A stretch of DNA of 64,000 bases, from positions 14,800 to 78,799 of the forward strand of contig CACELY010000001.1 in the NCBI GenBank assembly GCA_902560505.1. Reading direction: 5' to 3'. The first letter of the stretch is position 1. The number at the start of each line of letters is the position of its first letter. This DNA comes from an uncultured Alphaproteobacteria bacterium (GTDB lineage: Bacteria; Pseudomonadota; Alphaproteobacteria; Rhodobacterales; Rhodobacteraceae). Below the pieces are notes generated by a model that saw only the letters and a program-made list of their open reading frames with translations, was not told the DNA's origin and searched no databases. Positions 8,716 to 18,579 of the stretch are shown piece by piece. Both the position numbers and the translations under genes were made by a program.

Positions 8716-11700
8716 CTATTCCGCAGCTACGATATTATTGAGCTTCTCAGCTCTTATTTCTTCCAACGCCCTTCTATATTCCGTAGGCATTACTTTTAAA
8801 AATTTAGGCCTAAAATTATCCCAATCGTCTAAAATCTTTTTTGCAAGGTTTGATTGAGTAAACTTTAAGTGTCTAGAAATTATATTTCTCAGCCTTTCTT
8901 CATCATATCTGGTCATATCACTCGATATATCCACACGACCATGATGTTCAAAGTCGCCTCCGTGATGGTGCTCAGATTCTAGTAGATCATCTTCTTCTGG
9001 AACCGGCTCAAGCTCTACCATTGCCAAATTACATCTATTTTTAAAGGTGCCATCTTCGTCCAAAACATATGCTATACCTCCGGACATACCTGCTGCAAAA
9101 TTAAGGCCTGTTTTTCCTAAAACGACTACAATACCACCTGTCATATATTCACAACCATGATCACCCACTCCTTCAACAACAGCGGTAGCTCCAGAATTTC
9201 TAACAGCAAACCTTTCTCCAACTATGCCTCTCAAATAGCATTCTCCGTCAATAGCACCATAAAGAATTGTGTTACCTGCTATGATCGAGTCTTCTGGAAC
9301 AATTCTTTTTGCCTCTTTTGGAGGGTATACTATTATTTTTCCCCCAGATAATCCTTTGCCAACATAATCATTTGCTTCGCCTTCTACTTCTAGAGTAATT
9401 CCTCTCGATAACCATGCTCCAAATGCTTGACCCGTTGTACCCTTAAAAGAAATGTTTATTGAGTCCTCTGGGAGACCTCTATGTCCAAAAATACGTGCGA
9501 CCTCTCCACTAAGCATTGCTCCAGTTGATCTATTGTAATTATAAATCGGAAGCTTTATTTTGACGGGTTTTTTATTTTTCAAGGCAGCCTTTGACATTCC
9601 GATTAGCTGCCTGTCCAGAATATCTTTAATTGGATGCTCCTGTCTTTCGCAATTAAATTTTGGGACTCTATCGCCCATATTTGGATCAAAAAAAAGCTTT
9701 GAGAAATCGAGCCCCTTTGCTTTCCAATGTTTAATTGCTTTTTTCCTGTCAAGCACATCAATTTGACCAATCATATCATCAAATTTTTTGAAACCTAATT
9801 TACTCATTAGTATTCTTACCTCTTCTGCTATAAAGAAGAAAAAATTAACAACATGCTCTGGCATTCCTACAAAACGTTTCCTCAAAACTGGGTCTTGAGT
9901 TGCAATTCCAACAGGACAGGTGTTCAGGTGACACTTACGCATCATAATGCAACCTGATGCAATTAATGGGGCTGTTGAAAAACCAAACTCATCCGCGCCT
10001 AACAACGCTCCAATTACAACATCTCGCCCTGTCCTTAGCCCACCATCCACTTGTACCGATATTCTTGATCTAAGCTTATTTTTCATTAAAGTTTGGTGTG
10101 TTTCTGCCAAACCCAGTTCCCAGGGTGAGCCGGCATGTTTCACCGAGGTCAGGGGGCTCGCCCCAGTACCACCCTCCATACCCGAGATAGTAACATGGTC
10201 CGCTTTTGCTTTAGCCACTCCAGCAGCGACTGTACCTACCCCAACCTCGGATACTAATTTCACTGATATATCAGCTTTTGGGTTGACGTTTTTAAGGTCG
10301 AATATAAGTTGCGCTAAATCTTCTATTGAATAAATATCATGATGGGGCGGTGGAGAGATAAGTCCAACCCCTCTAGTAGAATGTCGGACCTTTGCAATGA
10401 CAGCGTCTACCTTATGACCAGGAAGCTGACCTCCTTCACCCGGCTTTGCTCCTTGCGCCATTTTAATCTGAATCATGTCAGAATTTACCAGGTATTCTGT
10501 TGTTACACCAAATCTACCAGACGCAACTTGTTTTATTGCAGACCGTCTGTTGTCACCATTATTATCGGTAGAAAAACGTTCCACTTCTTCACCGCCTTCA
10601 CCTGTGTTCGATTTTCCCTCAATCCTATTCATGGCTATGGCTAGGTTCTCATGCGCTTCTGCGGATATTGATCCGTAAGACATGGCTCCGGTAGCGAACC
10701 GTTTTACAATTTCCTTGGCCGGCTCAACCTCATCAATTTTAATACTATTTCTGCCCGTTTCGCTTGAGTCTCTAAGCCTAAATAAGCCTCTTATTGTAAA
10801 CAACCTTTCTTCTTGCTCGTCCATGGACCTTGAATATTCTTTAAATGTATCGAAAGAATTACTTCTTACAGCATGTTGAAGGTTAGTAATTTCATCTGAA
10901 CTCCAAGCGTGTACTTCTCCTCTTTTTCTTACAGCGTAATCACCTCCGACATCTAGAGAGTCTCTTAAAACTTCTAAATTTGAATATGCTTCCTCATGGC
11001 GGGTAATCGTTTCCCTTGCTATTTCATTTATTCCTACTCCACTGATTTGAGTAGAAGTTCCCTTGAAGTACTTGCTCACGAAGTCCTCTGATAACCCTAC
11101 TGCATCAAAAATTTGTGCTCCACAGTATGATTGGTAAGTTGATATACCCATCTTGGACATAACTTTTAAAAGGCCTTTGTTAACTGACTTTATATATCTA
11201 CTAACCGCTTCTGTCTCACTTACATCTTTAGACAACATATTCTTTTGTTTAAGATCTAATATAGTGTCAAAAGCCATATATGGATTTATAGCCTCTGCTC
11301 CGTAACCTGCTAATACTGCAAAGTGATGGACTTCCCTAGGCTCTGCTGATTCCACTACCAATCCAACTGCTGTTCGCAGTCCTTTCCTTATTAAATGATG
11401 ATGTACCGACGCAATGGCCAATAGAGCAGGCAAAGCAATCCTACCTTTACCAAACTGCCTGTCGGATAGAACTATAATATTACCACCCTCTTTAACTACA
11501 TTCTCAGACTTTATGCATATGCTCTCCAGACACTTTTCAAAACCTGTATAACCTGTATTCTTGTCAAAGGTAGTATCTAAAACTCTTGATACAAATTGGT
11601 TGTCACCAATCTCGCTTATCTTTCTAATCTTTTGCATATCCTCATTTGTTAGGATCGGTTGTTTAACCTCTAACCTTTTCACACTACCCAAAGACTTATT

Positions 11701-13377
11701 ATCAAAAATGTTCGGTCTTGGACCAATAAAAGATACTAGGCTCATTACCGACTCCTCGCGAATGGGATCGATTGGAGGATTCGTTACCTGTGCAAAGTTT
11801 TGCTTAAAATATGTGTAGAGTAATTTCTTTTTGTTGGATATAGCAGAAATGGGCGTGTCTGTACCCATTGAGCCAATAGCCTCTTGGCCGGTTACTGCCA
11901 TTGGAGATATAAGTGTCTTTAAGTCTTCCTGAGTATATCCAAACGCTTTCTGACCTGAGTACAGATTGGCCTTTGACAAAGAAAATTTCTGTGTTTCATC
12001 TGATTCTAAGTCCTCTAAAACAATCTGTGTATTATTCAAAATGCTTTCGTAATCCAATTCATTACTGAGATTGGCTTTTACTTCTTCGTCTGTTATGATC
12101 TTTCCTTCCTCCATATCAATCAGAAGCATTTTTCCAGGTTGCAATCGCCACTTGGTAACCACTTTGCTCTCATCAACTGGTAGCGTTCCTGCCTCGGAAG
12201 CTAATACGACAGTATCATCTTCGGAGACAAAATACCTTGCTGGCCTTAATCCATTTCTATCTAGAGTAGCTCCAATTTTTTTTCCATCTGTAAAAGCGAT
12301 GGCAGCTGGTCCATCCCAAGGTTCCATTATAGATGCATGAAATTCGTAAAAAGATTTGCGTTTTCTATCCATCAGTGGATTTCCAGCCCATGCCTCGGGG
12401 ATCAGCATCATCGAAGCATGCTGGAGAGGGTATCCTCCCTGGTATAATAATTCAATGGCGTTATCAAACGACGCAGTATCGGATTGACCTTCTCTTGTTA
12501 TGGGCCATATGTCGTTCAAGTTTTCTCCAAGAAGATGTGATTTCAGACCTGCTTGCCTCGCTGCCATCCAGTTTACATTACCTCTACTTGTGTTTATCTC
12601 ACCATTATGGGCGACCATTCTATATGGATGTGCCAGTCTCCATGAAGGAAAAGTGTTTGTTGAAAATCTTTGGTGAACCAAAGCCAAAGCGGACACATAT
12701 CGTACGTCTTGAAGATCTAAATAGTATTTAGCCAACTGATCAGCTAAAAACATGCCCTTATAAACAACCGTTCGTGATGAAAAAGATACAGCGTAATATA
12801 ACTCTTCACTCCCCAGTTCTTTATAAATTTTGTTGGTTGTTTTTTTTCTTAGTACATAGAGATTTCTTTCGAAATCATCCTCGCACATACCCTCAGGTTT
12901 TTTGAAGAAGCCTTGCACATGTATGGGTTCAGCTTCACGAATTTCCTTGTCCTGTGACAAACACTCATTGTTCACGGGAATGTCACGCCAACCCAATAAT
13001 TTTATGCCCTGTTCCTCACTACACTTAACGATGATGCTTTTTATAAGGTTGTGATATTTGACTTCTTTTGGGAAAAAAAACATACCTACGCCATAGCCGC
13101 CAAGATCGGGAAGAAAACAACTTAACTTTTCCATTTCCTCTCTGTACATTTCATGTGGAATTTGTGTGAGCATTCCTGCTCCGTCACCCACTAAAGGATC
13201 TGCTCCTGTAGCCCCTCTGTGTTCAAGGTTCTCAAGTATAAAAATTCCTTTTTGAATGATGTCGTTACTTTTTCTTCCCTTTATATTCGCGATAAATCCC
13301 AAACCGCAGGAATCGTGTTCATTTCGAGGATCGTAAAGACCCTCCATTTTATTGCGTTTCTTATCAAAAATCTTCAT
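8716..13377 (-). CDS. gltB: glutamate synthase large (alpha) subunit
   Basis: 1553 aa. Ntn amidotransferase start ...HDSCGLGFIA. FMN/3Fe-4S region (CHLNTCPVGIATQDP). C-terminal GXGXG beta-helix domain. Sits immediately upstream of gltD. Confidence 0.97.
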   Translation of the reverse strand: MKIFDKKRNKMEGLYDPRNEHDSCGLGFIANIKGRKSNDIIQKGIFILENLEHRGATGADPLVGDGAGMLTQIPHEMYREEMEKLSCFLPDLGGYGVGMFFFPKEVKYHNLIKSIIVKCSEEQGIKLLGWRDIPVNNECLSQDKEIREAEPIHVQGFFKKPEGMCEDDFERNLYVLRKKTTNKIYKELGSEELYYAVSFSSRTVVYKGMFLADQLAKYYLDLQDVRYVSALALVHQRFSTNTFPSWRLAHPYRMVAHNGEINTSRGNVNWMAARQAGLKSHLLGENLNDIWPITREGQSDTASFDNAIELLYQGGYPLQHASMMLIPEAWAGNPLMDRKRKSFYEFHASIMEPWDGPAAIAFTDGKKIGATLDRNGLRPARYFVSEDDTVVLASEAGTLPVDESKVVTKWRLQPGKMLLIDMEEGKIITDEEVKANLSNELDYESILNNTQIVLEDLESDETQKFSLSKANLYSGQKAFGYTQEDLKTLISPMAVTGQEAIGSMGTDTPISAISNKKKLLYTYFKQNFAQVTNPPIDPIREESVMSLVSFIGPRPNIFDNKSLGSVKRLEVKQPILTNEDMQKIRKISEIGDNQFVSRVLDTTFDKNTGYTGFEKCLESICIKSENVVKEGGNIIVLSDRQFGKGRIALPALLAIASVHHHLIRKGLRTAVGLVVESAEPREVHHFAVLAGYGAEAINPYMAFDTILDLKQKNMLSKDVSETEAVSRYIKSVNKGLLKVMSKMGISTYQSYCGAQIFDAVGLSEDFVSKYFKGTSTQISGVGINEIARETITRHEEAYSNLEVLRDSLDVGGDYAVRKRGEVHAWSSDEITNLQHAVRSNSFDTFKEYSRSMDEQEERLFTIRGLFRLRDSSETGRNSIKIDEVEPAKEIVKRFATGAMSYGSISAEAHENLAIAMNRIEGKSNTGEGGEEVERFSTDNNGDNRRSAIKQVASGRFGVTTEYLVNSDMIQIKMAQGAKPGEGGQLPGHKVDAVIAKVRHSTRGVGLISPPPHHDIYSIEDLAQLIFDLKNVNPKADISVKLVSEVGVGTVAAGVAKAKADHVTISGMEGGTGASPLTSVKHAGSPWELGLAETHQTLMKNKLRSRISVQVDGGLRTGRDVVIGALLGADEFGFSTAPLIASGCIMMRKCHLNTCPVGIATQDPVLRKRFVGMPEHVVNFFFFIAEEVRILMSKLGFKKFDDMIGQIDVLDRKKAIKHWKAKGLDFSKLFFDPNMGDRVPKFNCERQEHPIKDILDRQLIGMSKAALKNKKPVKIKLPIYNYNRSTGAMLSGEVARIFGHRGLPEDSINISFKGTTGQAFGAWLSRGITLEVEGEANDYVGKGLSGGKIIVYPPKEAKRIVPEDSIIAGNTILYGAIDGECYLRGIVGERFAVRNSGATAVVEGVGDHGCEYMTGGIVVVLGKTGLNFAAGMSGGIAYVLDEDGTFKNRCNLAMVELEPVPEEDDLLESEHHHGGDFEHHGRVDISSDMTRYDEERLRNIISRHLKFTQSNLAKKILDDWDNFRPKFLKVMPTEYRRALEEIRAEKLNNIVAAE

Positions 13378-13553
13378 TCGCTTTTTACTTTTTTATCTTG
13401 TTGTCTTTCTGAGGAGACCTTTTAATATAGTTTTCAACAAAAGAAAAGAAAGTTTATAATTTGTAATGTTCACTATTTTTTTGATTAAAAAGCAGGGAAA
13501 ACCTTAATAGTTTACTACACATACTCTAAAAAACTAAAGTTTATGATTTAAAA

Positions 13554-14336
13554 ATGACCATTTTTCACGTTTTTGTTTTGTCTCTTATACAGGGGGCAAC
13601 AGAGTTTTTGCCAGTCTCTTCTTCTGCCCACCTGGTTCTCTACAACAAATTTGTGATTGGTCTACAAAACGATTTAAGCCTAGACATTGCTATGCATATT
13701 GGCAGCCTGTTAGCAGTTATTTTGTTAGTTTCAAAGCTCCTAAAGGAACATATGAACAAAGTTTTGATAAAAAATGGTGTGATTAAATCAGTTTTTTTCC
13801 TGGCTTTAGCAACGTTTCCACTTGTATTTATGGCTTTATTCTTAGAACATGCTCGTCTTCTTGATCTATCAAGGCAAATAGAGATAATTGCGTTCTCCAA
13901 TTTAATATTCGCTCTGTTACTATTTGTGTCTGATAGAAAACCAAGCCAACGCAAATCTTCAGATATTACAGCAAGAGATATTTTGGTTATAGGTATTTGG
14001 CAATCTTTTGCTGCCTTTCCTGGAACGAGCAGATCTGGTGCCTCTATAACTGGCGCACGGCTTTTAAATTATGGCAGAAAAGAAGCAATTATTATCTCTG
14101 CCGTATTAAGTATACCAGCAATAGTAATTTCGAGTGGCTACATTGGATTCAAATTTTTTAGGAGCCCAAATGAAATTGAAATTGAATTAATCATGTATGG
14201 AACCATATTTTCGTTCATTTTTTCGTATTTAGCTCTTAAGTTCTTTGTAAAGTTTGGAGAGCTTTTTTCTTTCACTCCCTATGTTATCTACAGGCTCCTG
14301 CTCGGGTTAGCTTTGTTATCAGCATTATATTTCTAA
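13554..14336 (+). CDS. uppP: undecaprenyl-diphosphate phosphatase
   Basis: 260 aa polytopic membrane protein. BacA motifs QGATEFLPVSSSAHL and PGTSRSGASI. Confidence 0.93.
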   Translation: MTIFHVFVLSLIQGATEFLPVSSSAHLVLYNKFVIGLQNDLSLDIAMHIGSLLAVILLVSKLLKEHMNKVLIKNGVIKSVFFLALATFPLVFMALFLEHARLLDLSRQIEIIAFSNLIFALLLFVSDRKPSQRKSSDITARDILVIGIWQSFAAFPGTSRSGASITGARLLNYGRKEAIIISAVLSIPAIVISSGYIGFKFFRSPNEIEIELIMYGTIFSFIFSYLALKFFVKFGELFSFTPYVIYRLLLGLALLSALYF

Positions 14337-15265
14337 CTACGTGTAAAACGTTCAACAATTTTTGGCAAAATTATTTTAAGCTTCTTTGGCACTATGCCTA
14401 AATCTGAAAACTTCTCGGTTTTTAATTCTACCAAGTTATCATTCTCCAAACTTTTGACCTGTGCCAAGGTTAAAAAGGCTGGCACAAAGCCACCTGATAT
14501 TAAACGGAAAAAATCATTTGTTGCAGCAATTATTCTTGCGGGTAAAAAAGGTATTTTCATTACAATCCTTTTTCGATTTATTTCGGATAACAACATATCG
14601 ATGAGCTCTTTAAATGTGTATGTTTCATCTCCACCTAATTCTAGATATCTTTTCCGCTGATCGGACTCAACCAATAAAGTTACAGCTTTGGCTACATCAT
14701 CAACAAATACCGGCTGAAACTTCGTATTCGAACCTACAACTGGAATAAATGGACTAATTGAGGATAATTTTGCGAACCTATTGAAAAATGTATCCTCATT
14801 TCCAAATATTAAAGAGGGTCTGATGATATTGGCATCCGGAAAGCAATCAAGAACGGCTTCTTCTCCAGCACCCTTAGACTTAAGCAGAAGGCTGCTAGAC
14901 TTGGATGATGCACCCAATGATGATATGTGAATAAATTGATTTACTCCTTGCCTCTTTGCCTCTCTAGCCAAATTTTTAGCTGCGTGTACGTGAAGATTGT
15001 TAAAAGACTGTGAACGTGTTTCAAAAAAAGTCGCTACACAATTGATTATACAATCTGAATCTCTTATATAATCCCCTAATTTATGCTCTTCTTTTATGTC
15101 TCCACCCAACAACTGTATTTGACCCACCTTACCGTAAACCCTCAAAAAAAGGGCTTCATTTGGGTGACGCGTAATAACTCGTATGAAGTAGCCTTTGGAA
15201 GCTAATTGTCTCACTACGTACCTGCCCAAGAAACCAGAACCACCGAAAATTGTCACTAAATTCAT
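14333..15265 (-). CDS. complex I NDUFA9-like NAD(P)H-binding SDR protein
   Basis: 310 aa. VTIFGGSGFLGRYVVRQL Rossmann start and the atypical-SDR layout common to alphaproteobacterial NDUFA9 homologues. 4-nt convergent overlap with uppP. Confidence 0.7.
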   Translation of the reverse strand: MNLVTIFGGSGFLGRYVVRQLASKGYFIRVITRHPNEALFLRVYGKVGQIQLLGGDIKEEHKLGDYIRDSDCIINCVATFFETRSQSFNNLHVHAAKNLAREAKRQGVNQFIHISSLGASSKSSSLLLKSKGAGEEAVLDCFPDANIIRPSLIFGNEDTFFNRFAKLSSISPFIPVVGSNTKFQPVFVDDVAKAVTLLVESDQRKRYLELGGDETYTFKELIDMLLSEINRKRIVMKIPFLPARIIAATNDFFRLISGGFVPAFLTLAQVKSLENDNLVELKTEKFSDLGIVPKKLKIILPKIVERFTRS

Positions 15266-15383
15266 AAAGTTTTTCCTTAGAAATTAAATGTAAGATAGAG
15301 TAATTATTTTACATATCATTAAAAATTTACAAATCCCTAAAAATTTATATAAATAGAGCTTGAATAATTAATTGAAGGAAAAC

Positions 15384-15995
15384 ATGGCTATTACTATCTA
15401 CAAGAATGACGTTCCCAAAAATTTTGACATAGGAAGAGAAATAGCAGTAGATACTGAGACTATGGGCTTAAAATTTGGTAGAGATAGATTATGCTTAGTA
15501 CAAATAGCAAGCAATGAGGGAACAGTCTATTTAATTCAAATTGATAAAGACCAAAAAATGGCTCCAAACCTGGCTAAATTAATGACAAGTGAAAAGGTAA
15601 TAAAAATCTTTCACTATGCTAGATTTGACATTGGTGTCCTCCATAAAAATTTAAATATTATGACCCAAAATATTTATTGCACGAAAATAGCGTCAAAAAT
15701 AGGAAGGACTTTTTCTCAAAGCCACGGCCTCAGAAATCTAGTGAAGGAAATATTATCAATTGATATATCTAAGGAGCAACAGTCGTCTTACTGGGGAGCG
15801 GACGTTTTGAATGAAAATCAAATTAATTACGCTAAGCAAGACGTATTATATTTGCATAAAATTAAACAACATCTAGATAAAATTTTGAAGCGTGAAGATA
15901 GATACGATATTTTTGAAAAAACATGTCGTTTTCTGCCTACCAGATGTGAATTAGATAACATGGGATGGGACGATGTGGATCCTTTTTCACATTAG
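15384..15995 (+). CDS. small RNase D-like 3'-5' exonuclease (DEDDy)
   Basis: The track ORF starts at TTG 15372. ATG 15384 follows GAAGGA. Motifs AVDTETMGL, LVQIA and YAKQDVLYLHKI. Confidence 0.8.
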   Translation: MAITIYKNDVPKNFDIGREIAVDTETMGLKFGRDRLCLVQIASNEGTVYLIQIDKDQKMAPNLAKLMTSEKVIKIFHYARFDIGVLHKNLNIMTQNIYCTKIASKIGRTFSQSHGLRNLVKEILSIDISKEQQSSYWGADVLNENQINYAKQDVLYLHKIKQHLDKILKREDRYDIFEKTCRFLPTRCELDNMGWDDVDPFSH

Positions 15996-16064
15996 TTTTT
16001 TTCAAAATTTTTAAAACTCATTGAGCTTTTATTTTATCAGCAAATGACATAACATCTACAGACC

Positions 16065-16661
16065 ATGGCGACCGATGCAACCAAATATACTAGGCTAGTT
16101 TTTTTGCTTAAATTAACGCTTGGGTTCAGTGCGGGCTTACTATTTTTAGTCATTTTCGTCTTCTCTTATTCAAAAAAGGTGGACCCATCATTTAAAGTTG
16201 TAACCGAGGATGTAAGGATCGGCTTAAAATACCAAGCAAGGTATACCCACATTACAGGAAATACCTCAGATGGTGGAACTTTTGATTTCCATGCCAAAGC
16301 TTTAAACCCAAGTCACCAAAATGACAAAACCGTTATATTATCCAAACCACTCGGCGAAATTTCCTTTTCAAGTGAACAGAGGTTTAATTTTTCATCTGAT
16401 TTTGCTAGCCTCAATTTAGATCAGAAAAATATTTTTTTTAATGGTAATCTTTCACTAGAAAACTCATGGGGAACACTAATAAGAACTGAAGAGTTAGTTG
16501 CTGATTTTGAGCGAAAGTTATTGATTGGGCCTAAAACAATATCGGCTAATACTGAATTCGGTTCTTTATCAAGCGGTAAAATGGAATACCACTATAATTC
16601 AGATGAAGGTGAAGAAATATTTTTTACCGACGGAGTAAAAATTGAAATATATGTTGATTAA
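16065..16661 (+). CDS. lptC: LPS export system protein LptC-like
   Basis: 198 aa. Single N-terminal TM helix, then a beta-rich periplasmic domain. The call rests mainly on its position directly upstream of lptA-lptB. Confidence 0.55.
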   Translation: MATDATKYTRLVFLLKLTLGFSAGLLFLVIFVFSYSKKVDPSFKVVTEDVRIGLKYQARYTHITGNTSDGGTFDFHAKALNPSHQNDKTVILSKPLGEISFSSEQRFNFSSDFASLNLDQKNIFFNGNLSLENSWGTLIRTEELVADFERKLLIGPKTISANTEFGSLSSGKMEYHYNSDEGEEIFFTDGVKIEIYVD

Positions 16662-16679
16662 ATAAATTGAGGTGAGCCA

Positions 16680-17144
16680 GTGAATAAAACATTATTATCC
16701 TTTACTAACATTTTTCTTTTTTTGTTATTATTCCATGGGACTGGGGTCTCTTCTGAAGTGAAAAGAGAAGTATTAAGGTTTAGTTCAGACACTGCACAAA
16801 TCAAAAAGGGTGCTGGTATTATACATTTATCTGGTGAAGTAAAAATTTCTTATGGGCAATATGAAATCAGGTCAGATCTTTTAATGGCAAAAACCAATAG
16901 TGTAGATTCCTCTGAGGTAAAAATAATTGAAGCTAGTAAAAACATCTATTTTTCAAATAACAAGGATATTTCAGCAAAGGGAGATAAACTTTTTATGGAT
17001 GTAGATAAAAAGTTTGTTTCTATAGAAGGCAATGTTGAGTTTTCTCAAGGCAAATCAATAATTAGGGCAAAAAAAATAAATGTTGATTTAGTAACCGAAA
17101 CAGTAGATTTTGAAGGAATAAAGGATTCTTTTCTAAAGAACTAA
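16680..17144 (+). CDS. lptA: LPS transport periplasmic protein LptA (OstA-like)
   Basis: 154 aa. Signal peptide. OstA-like repeating beta-jellyroll pattern (SDTAQIKKGAGIIHLSGEVKISYG..., IEGNVEFSQGKSIIRAKKINVDL). Lies between lptC and lptB. Confidence 0.75.
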   Translation: MNKTLLSFTNIFLFLLLFHGTGVSSEVKREVLRFSSDTAQIKKGAGIIHLSGEVKISYGQYEIRSDLLMAKTNSVDSSEVKIIEASKNIYFSNNKDISAKGDKLFMDVDKKFVSIEGNVEFSQGKSIIRAKKINVDLVTETVDFEGIKDSFLKN

Positions 17145-17155
17145 AAGGACAAGAT

Positions 17156-17920
17156 TTGATAAAGCCATATTTAACTGTGGACAATCTAACAAATAAAGAA
17201 ATTGGGTTGAATGTCCAGGGTTTGAGGAAAGTATACAAGTCCAGACTCGCATTGATGGATTTTAATATCTCTGTAACCAGAGGTGAAGTGGTTAGTTTAC
17301 TTGGTCCAAATGGTGCGGGAAAAACAACAGCATTCAACCTTATTGCTGGAATACATAGATCAGACGGTGGCTCCATAAAACTGGATGGAGATGAAATATC
17401 AAACCTCCCTATGTACAGAAGATCAAAAGCTGGGCTGGGGTACCTTCCTCAAGAATCGTCAATTTTTAAAGGTCTGAATGTCGAAAAAAATATTGATGCG
17501 ATACTTGAACTGAAAATTAGAGACCCAAAGGAAAGAAGGAAAAAACTTGAGCAGTTGTTAGGCGAATTTTCAATAACACATCTCAGAAATGCTAAGGCAG
17601 TCAACCTTTCAGGTGGCGAAAGAAGAAGGGTTGAAATAGCGCGTTGTCTAGCCAGTCAACCTAAGTATATTTTACTGGATGAGCCATTTGCTGGTGTTGA
17701 TCCAATAGCTATCGATGAAATAAGAGGGTTAGTCCGAGAGCTTAAAAATAGAAACATAGGAATTCTAATCACTGATCACAACGTGAGAGAAACACTAAAA
17801 ATAGTTGATCGAGCCTACATTATAAACGATGGAAAAATTATAAAGTACGGAACTCCTGAGTTTGTTGTAAGTGATCAAGACGTGAGGCGGATTTATTTGG
17901 GCGACAAGTTCGCTCTATAA
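17156..17920 (+). CDS. lptB: LPS export ABC transporter ATP-binding protein LptB
   Basis: 254 aa. Walker A GPNGAGKTT, ABC signature LSGGERRRVEIAR, Walker B ILLDEPFAGVDP. Confidence 0.93.
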   Translation: MIKPYLTVDNLTNKEIGLNVQGLRKVYKSRLALMDFNISVTRGEVVSLLGPNGAGKTTAFNLIAGIHRSDGGSIKLDGDEISNLPMYRRSKAGLGYLPQESSIFKGLNVEKNIDAILELKIRDPKERRKKLEQLLGEFSITHLRNAKAVNLSGGERRRVEIARCLASQPKYILLDEPFAGVDPIAIDEIRGLVRELKNRNIGILITDHNVRETLKIVDRAYIINDGKIIKYGTPEFVVSDQDVRRIYLGDKFAL

Positions 17921-17989
17921 AAATTATATAAAACGCTAGAAAAAATTTATTATTTATTGTAACGTCCAGCTACATAGGGGGATTTTCAA

Positions 17990-18457
17990 GTGAAAATGTA
18001 TGAAATACTATCCAAAAAAGCGATAAGAACGAAAGTTAAATCGGCTAATAAGAAGCAACTTCTGCAAGAGATTTCTAGTATAGCGTCAGAGCAAGTAGGA
18101 ATTCCCTGTATGAATATCGCTAAGTCTCTGCAACAACGTGAAATTCTTGGGCCAACCGGAATCGGAAATGGTGTGGCAATTCCTCATGTAAAAATAAGAG
18201 GCTTAAAGAAAATATTTGGATTTTTTTTAAGCTTAGAGCGCCCTATTGACTTTGAATCTGCTGACAAGCAGCCAGTGGATCTTGTGTTTACCTTGTTAGC
18301 TCCAGAGGATAATAATGGAACTGAACATCTTAAAGCACTCGCAATGGTTTCAAGAGTGTTCAGCGATAAAAATATCAGGTCTAAACTTAGGTCTTCAGAA
18401 AATACCGAATCTTTGTTTGCCATACTAACAAGCAATGAAGACTCGAAAGCTGCCTGA
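17990..18457 (+). CDS. ptsN: nitrogen-PTS EIIA-Ntr (PtsN)
   Basis: 155 aa. EIIA(Fru/Ntr) fold with the phosphorylatable His in GIGNGVAIPHVKI. GTG start lies 7 nt after AGGGGGA. Confidence 0.85.
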   Translation: MKMYEILSKKAIRTKVKSANKKQLLQEISSIASEQVGIPCMNIAKSLQQREILGPTGIGNGVAIPHVKIRGLKKIFGFFLSLERPIDFESADKQPVDLVFTLLAPEDNNGTEHLKALAMVSRVFSDKNIRSKLRSSENTESLFAILTSNEDSKAA

Positions 18458-18487
18458 TACCTCGATTTTTAACTTTCACTCTTTATA

Positions 18488-18516
18488 TCCACAACTTTTA
18501 ATATATTTTTTGTGGA
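18488..18516 (+). terminator. weak hairpin between convergent ptsN and cysQ (possible bidirectional terminator)
   Basis: TCCACAA (18488..18494) and TTGTGGA (18510..18516) form a 7-bp stem with a 15-nt AT loop, followed by AATTTATTT. It is the only obvious structure in this 122-nt gap. Confidence 0.3.
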
Positions 18517-18579
18517 AATTTATTTCGGCCAAAACTCTATTTATAAAATACTGACGTCTAAAGCTCGCCCGTGAGGCTG

